From Guillardia theta CCMP2712 (taxonomy: Eukaryota; Protista; Cryptophyta), in NCBI RefSeq assembly GCF_000315625.1, contig NW_005434392.1, positions 1-33,055 on the forward strand: a stretch of 33,055 nt of DNA, given 5' to 3'. The notes beneath the pieces were generated by a model. That model saw only the letters and a program-made list of their open reading frames with translations. It was not told where the DNA came from and ran no database searches. The first letter of the stretch is position 1, and the number at the start of each line of letters is the position of its first letter. The translations under genes and the position numbers were made by a program. Below, in pieces: positions 1 through 9,313 of the stretch.

Positions 1-62
1 TAATTGATCGGAAATCTCTCCAAAAAGTCCTGATTATGCCTCTTTGCTTTGGATCGGCCTGA

Positions 63-233
63 NNNNNNNNNNNNNNNNNNNNNNNNNNNNNNNNNNNNNN
101 NNNNNNNNNNNNNNNNNNNNNNNNNNNNNNNNNNNNNNNNNNNNNNNNNNNNNNNNNNNNNNNNNNNNNNNNNNNNNNNNNNNNNNNNNNNNNNNNNNNN
201 NNNNNNNNNNNNNNNNNNNNNNNNNNNNNNNNN
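63..233. other. Assembly gap (171 N)
   Basis: Run of N whose length equals one unit of the adjacent 171-bp tandem repeat. Confidence 0.95.
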
Positions 234-1321
234 TGAGCCTCTCCATGACCTCAGATGGAAGGTGGGAGGGGATCTGGGGGTATGTTTGCGGTGGGGCTCC
301 CGACGTTACGAGTTTTTTGTAAGGCGGGCCCTGCGGGCCCGCCTCAGTATATATATGAGTCGGATGACACAAGGAGGTATCAGATCAGTCTAGATGGAGG
401 CCAATGAGCCTCTCCATGACCTCAGATGGAAGGTGGGAGGGGATCTGGGGGTATGTTTGCAGTGGGGCTCCCAGCGGGCCCTGCGGGCCCGCCTCAGTAT
501 ATATATGAGTCGGAGGTATCAGATCAGTCTAGATGGAGGCCAATGAGCCTCTCCATGACCTCATATATATGAGTCGGATGACACAAGGAGGTATCAGATC
601 AGTCTAGATGGAGGCCAATGAGCCTCTCCATGACCTCAGATGGAAGGTGGGAGGGGATCTGGGGGTATGTTTGCAGTGGGGCTCCCGACGTTACGAGTTT
701 TTTGTAAGGCGGGCCCTGCGGGCCCGCCTCAGTATATATATGAGTCGGATGACACAAGGAGGTATCAGATCAGTCTAGATGGAGGCCAATGAGCCTCTCC
801 ATGACCTCAGATGGAAGGTGGGAGGGGATCTGGGGGTATGTTTGCGGTGGGGCTCCGCGACGTTACGAGTTTTTTCTAAGGCGGGCCCTGCGGGCCCGCC
901 TCAGTATGTATATGAGTCGGATGACACAAGGAGGTATCAGATCAGTCTAGATGGAGGCCAATGAGCCTCTCCATGACCTCAGATGGAAGGTGGGAGGGGA
1001 TCTGGGGGTATGTTTGCGGTGGGGCTCCCGACGTTACGAGTTTTTTGTAAGGCGGGCCCTGCGGGCCCGCCGCAGTATATATATGAGTCGGATGACACAA
1101 GGAGGTATCAGATCAATCTGGGGGTATGTTTGCAGTGGGGCTCCCGACGTGAGTTTATTGTAAGGCGGGCCCTGCGGGCCCGCCTCAGTATATATATGAG
1201 TCGGATGACACAAGGAGGTATCAGATCATAGTCTAGATGGAGGCCAATGAGCCTCTCCATGACCTCAGATGGAAGGTGGGAGGGGATCTGGGGGTATGTT
1301 TGCAGTGGGGCTCCGCGACGT
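234..1321 (+). repeat. Tandem array A, ~171-bp unit, with internally deleted variants and a GC hairpin
   Basis: TGAGCCTCTCCATGACC recurs at about 234, 405, 544, 619, 790, 962 and 1247 (full periods 171-172). Full units contain AGGCGGGCCC-TGC-GGGCCCGCCT. Confidence 0.95.
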
Positions 1322-1322
1322 A

Positions 1323-1916
1323 ATGATCGGATGGCTTTGTTTTGAAAATGTGAACAGGGACGAGCGACTCCAAATGGGGTTCTTCCAAAAATTTCGTCTG
1401 ACAGCTGATATGCTGCACTCATATTTTGGACAACCAGGAAATACGATCGATTATTTCAAAACCTCTACAGAGCTTTGGATAATCAGAGACACTCTAAAGC
1501 GATGGCTCAATGCTCGTGGAGCTGTTAATTGGAATCCAAGGAAAGCAAGGAGGCTTGACTTCGACATTCATATTCCTGTATTCAATTGCATACTTGCCTT
1601 ATTGCAAAAGGTCCCAATTGATGACAAGCTTGTTACGTGTGCGGGATCAGAAAATGGGAAACAATTCACTTGGTGCATAGATGCAGAATTATTGAAAACT
1701 GCTTTGTTTCAGAGAGAGCTGCACATCCCTCTCAAAGCGAATCCTTATGATTTAGGACCTGCGAGGGGCACTATCTATCTTGAAGGTCCGCTGTATTTTA
1801 CACTCGTTTCCAAGCCTAGCTTGAACGTCGATCGAGCTGTAATTAAAATGAAATTTTCGAGAATCGTGCGATTAGGCTGGAATAATGAAATTATCTGGGA
1901 ATTCCCAGACCCTTGA
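1323..1916 (+). CDS. Intronless hypothetical protein (~197 aa), tail-to-tail with the transposase; possibly 5'-truncated by array A
   Basis: ORF of normal globular composition starting at the ATG right after the array (MIGWLCFEN...WEFPDP). The upstream 18 codons in the ORF track are repeat-derived. No family recognised. Confidence 0.6.
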   Translation: MIGWLCFENVNRDERLQMGFFQKFRLTADMLHSYFGQPGNTIDYFKTSTELWIIRDTLKRWLNARGAVNWNPRKARRLDFDIHIPVFNCILALLQKVPIDDKLVTCAGSENGKQFTWCIDAELLKTALFQRELHIPLKANPYDLGPARGTIYLEGPLYFTLVSKPSLNVDRAVIKMKFSRIVRLGWNNEIIWEFPDP

Positions 1917-2112
1917 CTCTTTTGGCGCTTCGTTTTCTCCGATGATTCTCCCTCCCTTAGTGCTTTGAAGGAGAGTGGAGGGGATAGAACGCAACATACG
2001 TTTACAACGCAGCATACGTTCTAGTAAACGTATGTTCATCGGATTAAGAAGGAGAGCAGAGGGGAAAGGACAAACGATACAGATTAGCCGCAACATACAT
2101 TTACTAGAACAA

Positions 2113-4842
2113 TCAGGTATGAACATCAGGTGTGCATTCGTTGAACGAGTGCAGAGCTAATTCAGACAGAGTGAAGTAAGACTGACAATCCTTCCTTGTT
2201 TTCTCTCCTGCTCCACACGGTCCATGTTCACTCAGGCTTTCGCCTTGCTGCTTCCTTTTCCCGCTCATTGCACAATTAATGGCTGGGATCGAGGTTTTGT
2301 AGCTGTGACGTCCCAAAAGCTGATGACGTCGTTCTACACAAGACAAACTCATCAAACCCATTGGGATTCCAAAAGTATTCCACAAATAGGTAAATTGTTC
2401 TCCAATATGACCCACCATCATCGAGTGCAGGTAGTGACTCTGCAATTGCTTGGAATTTGCGATGAGACAGATGATTTTTGTACACCAACTTCTGATTTCG
2501 ATTGGTAAATTCTGAACATCTTCGCTGCTGATAGCTTCTGAATGCTGGCATGACAAAACTGTGATTATTTGTTTCCATTGCTCAATAGCACTTCTCCACA
2601 ATTGAAGTTTTTCACCATCTGGAACCAACGAAGAAATAAGTGTATCGAAAATACGGATAAACTGATCGCACTGAGGTCCGCTCAGATTCCTTTGCGAATC
2701 CTTGTCCTTCAATACGATCTTGATATTGTTGTCAGCCAATAGCTTGTTGATTGCTGACAACTTGGACCTGTTTACTGCCAGGTGCACGACGTGATTTACC
2801 AACATGTTAACAATCCGAATTTTCAGATGCAACATACAGTAAATGAAATGAATAGTGTCAAAATTTAGTTCTTCAAGATAGCGACATTTTCTGGAGATCT
2901 TCACAGAGCGCAGCAATGGAAGGGAAAGTCCGGCAACGTCAATTTTTTCATCGGGATCTGCGAAGCATTGATTGAGTTTATCTTGATTCGAAGTCGATGC
3001 CAAAGCCTGGAACAGATGCTCGTTGAAATCTTCAATTGGGTTCGTCAAATTGGAACTGTTGGTTTTGAGAATCATGTCGTTCAGTAGCTTAACACTAAGA
3101 GGATCTGTACCATGCATCCTGCAAAGTTCTCGGAAGCTGACTGGCCCACCATTTATCTCCCGAATTTGGAGGAACTTTCCAGATTTCCGATCTGAAGTTT
3201 GTTCACAACAATGAATACAGAAAGTACCGTCTGAGTCGTTTCTGCCCCCGTGACTTAGCAGAGAATTTTGTCCCATTAAATCTGCTCTGAAGAACAAGAC
3301 AAATTTGATGGTAGCATCCCCTATCTTCAAACCATCTCTGAGAATGGATACTATGTCAGGCTGATAGGGCTCCCAGAAATTGAATTTCAGAGTTGCTGTA
3401 GTGTCTGACAAAGGAATTATCATTAGGGTACAAGCGTCCGAAGCTTGTCTTATGCGCTTTTCCTCTTCCGCCCATTGCTGAAGATTTTTGCAATACTTCT
3501 TGGGAACAAACACCGTGAAACTAATTTCTGTATGCTTGGTGTCTCCACCGAGATTCCGGATAAGCAGCGCAGCATCTGAGTTCAAAGTCATAGCAATGAT
3601 GTTCTCACGGTCTAGGCCAAGTTGCTTGAGTTTCATGGTGAGACTAGTTTTGAGACTGAGTCCATGGCCATGGTCTCGAGTGGAAAACATCTTCAAGTTT
3701 TTCTTCAGCCAGATTTTCTTCATGACCCTCGTCTTACAGATTAGCTTCGCAGAAACTGCAACCCTCTTCAATCTTTTCACGTGTGAATGATACGCGATGT
3801 AGGACCTCATAGGCATTCTGGATGCATGCACTCCAGTACATGCTTCATTGACATTCGGCGCGTATGCTCGGGCAACATATTTCAATTTCTTTTCAAATTT
3901 TTCGTCGGTAGGGATTTTTGTTTCAATGCACTTCTTGACGTTCTCATTCTGCATTAGGCCAAGGATAACTTTGTCAATCAACAAAGGGTTCATCCTTGGC
4001 GACACATTTGACTCTTCTCGTGGCCGCAAGCAATTTCCAAGACGTTTCCATAGCTCTTCATGCGGTAGATCTTTCACTCCATGAATGATCGCTACCATCT
4101 GCAACACCTTCAACAAAACTGGGACCATGTATTCATTATATGCAATTTCCAACGCTTCTTGCGCCTCCGGGTCTTCGACATAGTCAAAATTGATGGGGTT
4201 CTCGTGGTGAGGCTTTGAAATTTTCGATTGAATGTCTTGCCAAAACTGATCAAACGTCTTGCAGGGAGGCGCGATTGGCCAATCGGTCAGATTTTCGCCC
4301 ACGCTATTCAAAAATTTGCCAATGTGCGGCTGCCCAGGACACTTCGAATCCTTAGTGTAAACGAAATTTTCGGCATCATCATGAGACAATTCAGGTTGAG
4401 GTTGAGCAGTTGAGAGCTCAGGCTGAGAGCTTGGGAGCTCACTCGAGTCAGGCTGAGAGCTTGGGAGCTCACTCGAGTCAGGCTGAGAGCTTGGGAGCTC
4501 ACTCGAGTCAGGCTGAGAGCTTGGGTGCTCACTCGAGTCAGGCTGAGAGCTTGGGTGCTCACTCGAGTCAGGCTGAGAGCTTGCCAGGCGGCCGGCGCGG
4601 CAGTGACGGCGGCGGCGGCGGTGCTCAGGCTCAGAGCTTGAGAGCTCAGGCTGAGAACAAGGGATATTAAGAATCTCTCTACCATCATCACCCCAATCTG
4701 ATGCCTTGTTGCGCTTCAAAACTCGTTTGACTTGTTGTTTCGCACATTTTCTTTGCTTCCTTGCCACTGGTCGCACTGTCGGAGAGATTGGTATCTTCTT
4801 GGAGGGGTCTTGATGAGGAATAATCTTGCTATGCATGTTCAA
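2113..4842 (-). CDS. DDE transposase, Transib/RAG1/Chapaev-like (CxxC + H..H zinc-binding type), 909 aa, intronless
   Basis: Ordered motifs TLNSDAA (D1), FFRADLMG (D2), FCIHC, CMLHLKIRI, NLSGPQC, HYLHSMMVGH and GLMSLSCVERRHQ (E) parallel the RAG1/Transib core: SCDG, GYDEK, CTLC, ALHC, NGNFAR, YFHKTLAH, GAWASEGNE. Confidence 0.8.
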   Translation of the reverse strand: MNMHSKIIPHQDPSKKIPISPTVRPVARKQRKCAKQQVKRVLKRNKASDWGDDGREILNIPCSQPELSSSEPEHRRRRRHCRAGRLASSQPDSSEHPSSQPDSSEHPSSQPDSSELPSSQPDSSELPSSQPDSSELPSSQPELSTAQPQPELSHDDAENFVYTKDSKCPGQPHIGKFLNSVGENLTDWPIAPPCKTFDQFWQDIQSKISKPHHENPINFDYVEDPEAQEALEIAYNEYMVPVLLKVLQMVAIIHGVKDLPHEELWKRLGNCLRPREESNVSPRMNPLLIDKVILGLMQNENVKKCIETKIPTDEKFEKKLKYVARAYAPNVNEACTGVHASRMPMRSYIAYHSHVKRLKRVAVSAKLICKTRVMKKIWLKKNLKMFSTRDHGHGLSLKTSLTMKLKQLGLDRENIIAMTLNSDAALLIRNLGGDTKHTEISFTVFVPKKYCKNLQQWAEEEKRIRQASDACTLMIIPLSDTTATLKFNFWEPYQPDIVSILRDGLKIGDATIKFVLFFRADLMGQNSLLSHGGRNDSDGTFCIHCCEQTSDRKSGKFLQIREINGGPVSFRELCRMHGTDPLSVKLLNDMILKTNSSNLTNPIEDFNEHLFQALASTSNQDKLNQCFADPDEKIDVAGLSLPLLRSVKISRKCRYLEELNFDTIHFIYCMLHLKIRIVNMLVNHVVHLAVNRSKLSAINKLLADNNIKIVLKDKDSQRNLSGPQCDQFIRIFDTLISSLVPDGEKLQLWRSAIEQWKQIITVLSCQHSEAISSEDVQNLPIEIRSWCTKIICLIANSKQLQSHYLHSMMVGHIGEQFTYLWNTFGIPMGLMSLSCVERRHQLLGRHSYKTSIPAINCAMSGKRKQQGESLSEHGPCGAGEKTRKDCQSYFTLSELALHSFNECTPDVHT
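4418..4583 (-). repeat. 30-bp coding minisatellite (~5.5 copies; SSQPDSSE[H/L]P)
   Basis: TCAGGCTGAGAGCTTGGG(A/T)GCTCACTCGAG repeats every 30 bp from 4418. Confidence 0.95.
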
Positions 4843-5365
4843 CCTCTATCTCAAAGTTCAAATCAGAACACAAGTTTTCTTCCAGAATCTGTACTAGTGC
4901 GTGGACGATACCCAGCCCGCGCAAATTCAAATCCCCAGCTTTTTCAAATAAGTGTCCACGTACCGGTGGTTTGATACACGACTAGGGGGTAGGGTTTGTT
5001 CCCCACCTACCCCGGTGGCCATAACCTCACAACAGGACCGGTGCATAGTCAAACAAGGTACTGTATCAATTCTTTACAGTACAAATATGTATAAACTTTG
5101 TACATATATATACAATTAAAATAAAATAATACGAAGTATGGTACAATTATGCCTAACTATGGTACAAAAAATCTGTACCTTTTATTTGAACAAAAATACA
5201 AGCATTAAAAACAAATTCAACGACCGCTCTGAAACCAATCTACCACCTCTACCCCCCCAAATCCAGTGATAATGACGGGTCATTACCTATAACCGGTACT
5301 AAGACCCAGAGAACTGAGAAAAGCCACTTTTCCTTTGTTTTTCCTGGTCAAAAACCTACAGAATG

Positions 5366-5469
5366 GACGGATCCTGCCGGCCGGGCCCGTCAGTAGACCG
5401 ACTGCAGCCTTCAGCCCCGCCTCAGACCCCCTGGAGGCCCGCCAGGAGGCTAAGTGTCCGGAGATTGGC
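5366..5469 (+). repeat. Repeat B, left part of an interrupted unit
   Basis: GACGGATCCTGCCGGCC...GAGATTGGC matches the corresponding part of the units at ~8185-8288 and ~8506-8609. Confidence 0.95.
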
Positions 5470-7968
5470 CATAGCGTTGCTTTTCCGGCCGGGCGCTCAT
5501 AGGAAAAATTGGCAAGATTTTTTTTTTTTCGAAGGGCCTGTGGGGTCCCTTCATTTCATGCCATGTGGGAGTACCCTACTTTGAGAAGGCGTGTAGGAGG
5601 GTACTCGCTCTTAGGAAAATCGTTGCTGCGCAGGGCCAGAGAGGGGTAGGGTGATTTGAATTTGGTTGCTTGGACACTTCACCACGCCAAACCAAAGTAA
5701 AAGTACGAATTTTAGAAGTATCTGTGGTACCAACTTAATATTGCAGCGTTTATATGGTACAAAACGAGGGCCAAACTGGTCGGAACTTCGACTTCCGAGA
5801 ACCCCTCCGTTTGACTTTCGTTGGGGGGTGGGGTGGGTATGGAGCACCCTCAACTACCCACCTTTGAACCAGTTTGAAACTCTGTGATAGGGGGTAGGGG
5901 GTAGCCCCCATTTCTCATTCCCCAAGCCCCCTCTCCCTGGACGAGCAAGAGGCGATGAAATGGTGCCTTCCTGACTCGCGAGGATGAACCTCGATATTGA
6001 GAGACTTCGAATCCAACCCAACTGAGATAGGAATGAGATGAAGATCTCATATCATACCTGTAAGAGATGATCGAGCTTCTTTCTCAACTCTGCAGGTTGG
6101 GCCAAGGTTTGAATCATCCATCGTGTACTGGAATATGCACCCTAGGTACAAACAATCCGCGTGTGTACTTGAAAATATTCTTCGAAGACAAGATGAAATT
6201 TTCATGAACAGCTAAGCAACTAATGATAGATTCACCATTGAACAGAATCAACTCTGATTGACCCTTCTTTCAAATTGCCGTAGGTTGAACGTTGAGCTCA
6301 AATGCATGATTTGTGAGAAATTTGTATCAAACTGTACCTTAAGCGACTTTGCTGTCTAGATATGTGTTCTCATGTCATCACTCACTTTCAATTCTTCTAG
6401 TCTTACGGTCAGGATTCATGCACCTCACTTTTCTATAGAGAAAGCTTTACATGCTCAACCGTTCAATGATGCATGAAGAGACGTTTGCACAAAGGATTTC
6501 TTTACCTGCCAGGATAGATGACTTTGAATCATCGTTGTTGATCATGAATCACTATACCCATGATCAAGTGGATTGACAATTGCATTTCCATGTTTCATGA
6601 CGTTGGATGATTTTTCTGCACTGCAACTAAGTTCTTCCTTTGTCATGACATTTCCACAACGCTGCAGAAACCTAGTTAGAAATGAAACAATGTGCAGATG
6701 AATCTGATATCAATAAATGAGATGTTCTTCGAATCAATCCTGCCTTGTTTGGACAGTTCGCAATGCTACCATGCAACAGTAGAGTTCTTGTCGCATTTGG
6801 CTCTACAGAGGGGTGCCTTGTTCAACAGAGCAAACACTCGATGATTGTAAACAAGAAGCATGTGACATGTAGCCACATCATAAATGCTGTACGGCCTGGA
6901 ATATCAGCATCTTCAAAGTGCTCGTGTTTGCTGTGACCGTTTCATCTGCTTGGCAGCGGCTCATTGATGGACACACGATCTGATGCAAGTTCACACCAGT
7001 AATATTTAGATGATGCATCATGTGATCAAATGGCATAGACCTTGGTGATTTGCAACATGTTTCATCGTTCCAACACATCCTTGAAAACCGGATGAAGAAT
7101 CCTTCACGAACCACTGGACTTGCTTGTTATCATTCGATAGTGCTGTGGATCATCGTGGTTTCAAGCAATCGAGCAGCTCACTGCTAAAATGCACTGTATT
7201 TCTTGCGAGCCTATCAGCCATCATCGTGAAGACATGTGTTCTTGAGCTCACTGGTGACTGTACGGCTTTTGAACAATCCAGTCACCGTCGGATGATGATT
7301 CCCTGTCGTCTTGTGTGTAATCTCCATCCATCTACTCCAACTCAGTTTCCCTGTCATGCATCGCAGATAGCTTAGGGTATTTCACAACCCGGTTTCGATT
7401 GCAACGTATCCCTGTGATGGTGATTTTCACTTGTATTATTGATGCTCTTCGCTCACCAAACGATTTTTCGTGAGATCCACGCACTGTACGAAGCACTCCT
7501 CAAGGATCATCATCTCTACACCTCAGGAATTTCCCATGAGGAGGTTCGGTGAACATCTGATGTCTGCACACGCTGCCGCGGGCTCGCTGTTTGCGAGCCA
7601 TGGTTAGGGCAGTACAGAGCGGTGCGACGTGCCCCGAACAAGGGGAGGCTCATGGCGTGTAGAGAGGTCGTTCAAACTTGTTTATAAAATTGTACCATAA
7701 GAAGGCTCTACAAATTAGTTAGTCGACTACCCCATGATCTCAGTGCAACTTCTGGGGTGCAGCCCTACTTCTCTGTTTATACTCAACCATTCCACAATAC
7801 AGTTTAAAATATCTTATTGGAAAACAACATCAGAGTTATAAACCTGAAATTTGGACCCTGTTTGAAATCCTCAAACACGCCACCCCCCAATCCACCTAGA
7901 AAGCAGAACAACCCCCTCACGGGAAAACATACAGCCCAAAGCAGAAAAAGCAAAATGTCAACGCTATG
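5470..7968. mobile_element. 2499-bp putative non-autonomous element with 10-bp TIRs and no TSD, inserted in repeat B
   Basis: Left end CATAGCGTTG (5470-5479) and right end CAACGCTATG (7959-7968). Flanks GAGATTGGC + CGGGGGCCTGAT rebuild exactly the uninterrupted B junction seen at ~8280-8300 and ~8601-8621. Confidence 0.85.
5950..7653 (-). CDS. Probable intron-dense gene of unknown function (micro-exons); exact model not resolved
   Basis: Minus-strand GTGAG...AG pairs of intron size (~7412-7456, ~7211-7251, ~7143-7181 and more). Candidate ATG in GCCATGA context at 7653. No long ORF. Confidence 0.45.
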
Positions 7969-8826
7969 CGGGGGCCTGATCTCTCCGGGCGGCCGTGACC
8001 GGTCAGCGGACCGTGTCAGCAGGCCCGTGACATGTCAGCCGGCTGACAGGGGCCGTGACCCGGCTGACAGGCTCACCTGACCGGTCACGTGACCGAGACA
8101 AGACTTTTTTATATCGCAGATCCAAAAACCCATAGGACATTTCTCCCAGGGGGAAGAAAACCTCCCTTGACCCCCCTGTTTCTCGACGGATCCTGCCGGC
8201 CGGGCCCGTCAGTAGACCGACTGCAGCCTTCAGCCCCGCCTCAGACCCCCTGGAGGCCCGCCAGGAGGCTAAGTGTCCGGAGATTGGCCGGGGGCCTGAT
8301 CTCTCCGGGCGGCCGTGACCGGTCAGCGGACCGTGTCAGCAGGCCCGTGACATGTCAGCCGGCTGACAGGGGCCGTGACCCGGCTGACAGGCTCACCTGA
8401 CCGGTCACGTGACCGAGACAAGACTTTTTTTATATCGCAGATCCAAAAACCCATAGGACATTTCTCCCAGGGGGAAGAAAACCTCCCTTGACCCCCCTGT
8501 TTCTCGACGGATCCTGCCGGCCGGGCCCGTCAGTAGACCGACTGCAGCCTTCAGCCCCGCCTCAGACCCCCTGGAGGCCCGCCAGGAGGCTAAGTGTCCG
8601 GAGATTGGCCGGGGGCCTGATCTCTCCGGGCGGCCGTGACCGGTCAGCGGACCGTGTCAGCAGGCCCGTGACATGTCAGCCGGCTGACAGGGTCCGTGAC
8701 CCGGCTGACAGGCTCACCTGACCGGTCACGTGACACATCACGTGACCGAGACAAGACTTTTTTTATATCGCAGATCCAAAAACCCATAGGACATTTCTCC
8801 CAGGGGGAAAAAAACCTCCCTTGACC
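7969..8826 (+). repeat. Tandem array B, ~320-bp unit (~2.7 copies), rich in TGAC/GTCA palindromes
   Basis: GGGGGCCTGATCTCTCC at 7970, 8290 and 8611 (periods 320 and 321). Internal palindromes include TGACCGGTCA, TGACATGTCA and TGTCAGCCGGCTGACA. Confidence 0.95.
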
Positions 8827-8874
8827 CGCCTTAGAAAAAACTCGTAACGTCGGGAGCCCCACTGCAAACATACC
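8825..8874 (-). repeat. Inverted fragment of repeat A fused to the end of array B
   Basis: Reverse complement GGTATGTTTGCAGTGGGGCTCCCGACGTTACGAGTTTTTTCTAAGGCGGG matches array A. Confidence 0.9.
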
Positions 8875-9017
8875 GAAGATCAGGAGCCTGGCCCGATTTC
8901 AGAGGTCATGTGATGGGTGAGGAGGTGTTCCGAAGCCCACAAGTACCTGACCAAGGCGAATGCGCAACCGCAACGATCCGCCATGAAAGCAACGCCGAAA
9001 TGGCTAAGTGTGAAAGA

Positions 9018-9039
9018 CCTGGTACAAATTTGTACCAGG
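9018..9039. repeat. Perfect 22-bp palindrome CCTGGTACAAATTTGTACCAGG
   Basis: Self-complementary, and built from two copies of the GGTACAA motif that recurs near module ends. Confidence 0.85.
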
Positions 9040-9313
9040 CATGAGTACCATGATTGTCAGGGAACTTGAGTGAAATCTCTGGATATCCGGTACAGTCCTT
9101 TTGTACCAGTAAATACGTCCTACAACAGTAATAAACTGCGCTTCTTTTTTTTTCGTGAAGTATAACCCTTTTCAAGGTTGCGCCCTGAGCTCAATGCTTT
9201 TATAGTTTCAACACAGTATGACCAACACGCCGGGTAAAACAGCTAGTCCATAACGCAACAAACCGGCAATTCAAAAAAAATTCATTTAAAGCCAAAATAT
9301 TTCAGTCAACAAT

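Noticed and set aside
234-1321. CRISPR-like array
   Set aside because: Whole 171-bp units repeat with no unique spacers, there are no cas genes, and the context is eukaryotic.
1323-1916. RAG2-like gene
   Set aside because: Too short, with no Kelch repeats or PHD finger visible; only the orientation fits.
5325-5356. RSS-like signal (CAAAAACC near the transposase module end; also in B units)
   Set aside because: The nonamer matches 8/9, but no CACAGTG-like heptamer lies at 12- or 23-bp spacing.
7817-8871. ORFs within arrays A and B and their fragments
   Set aside because: They arise from GC-rich repeat units and have no protein features.
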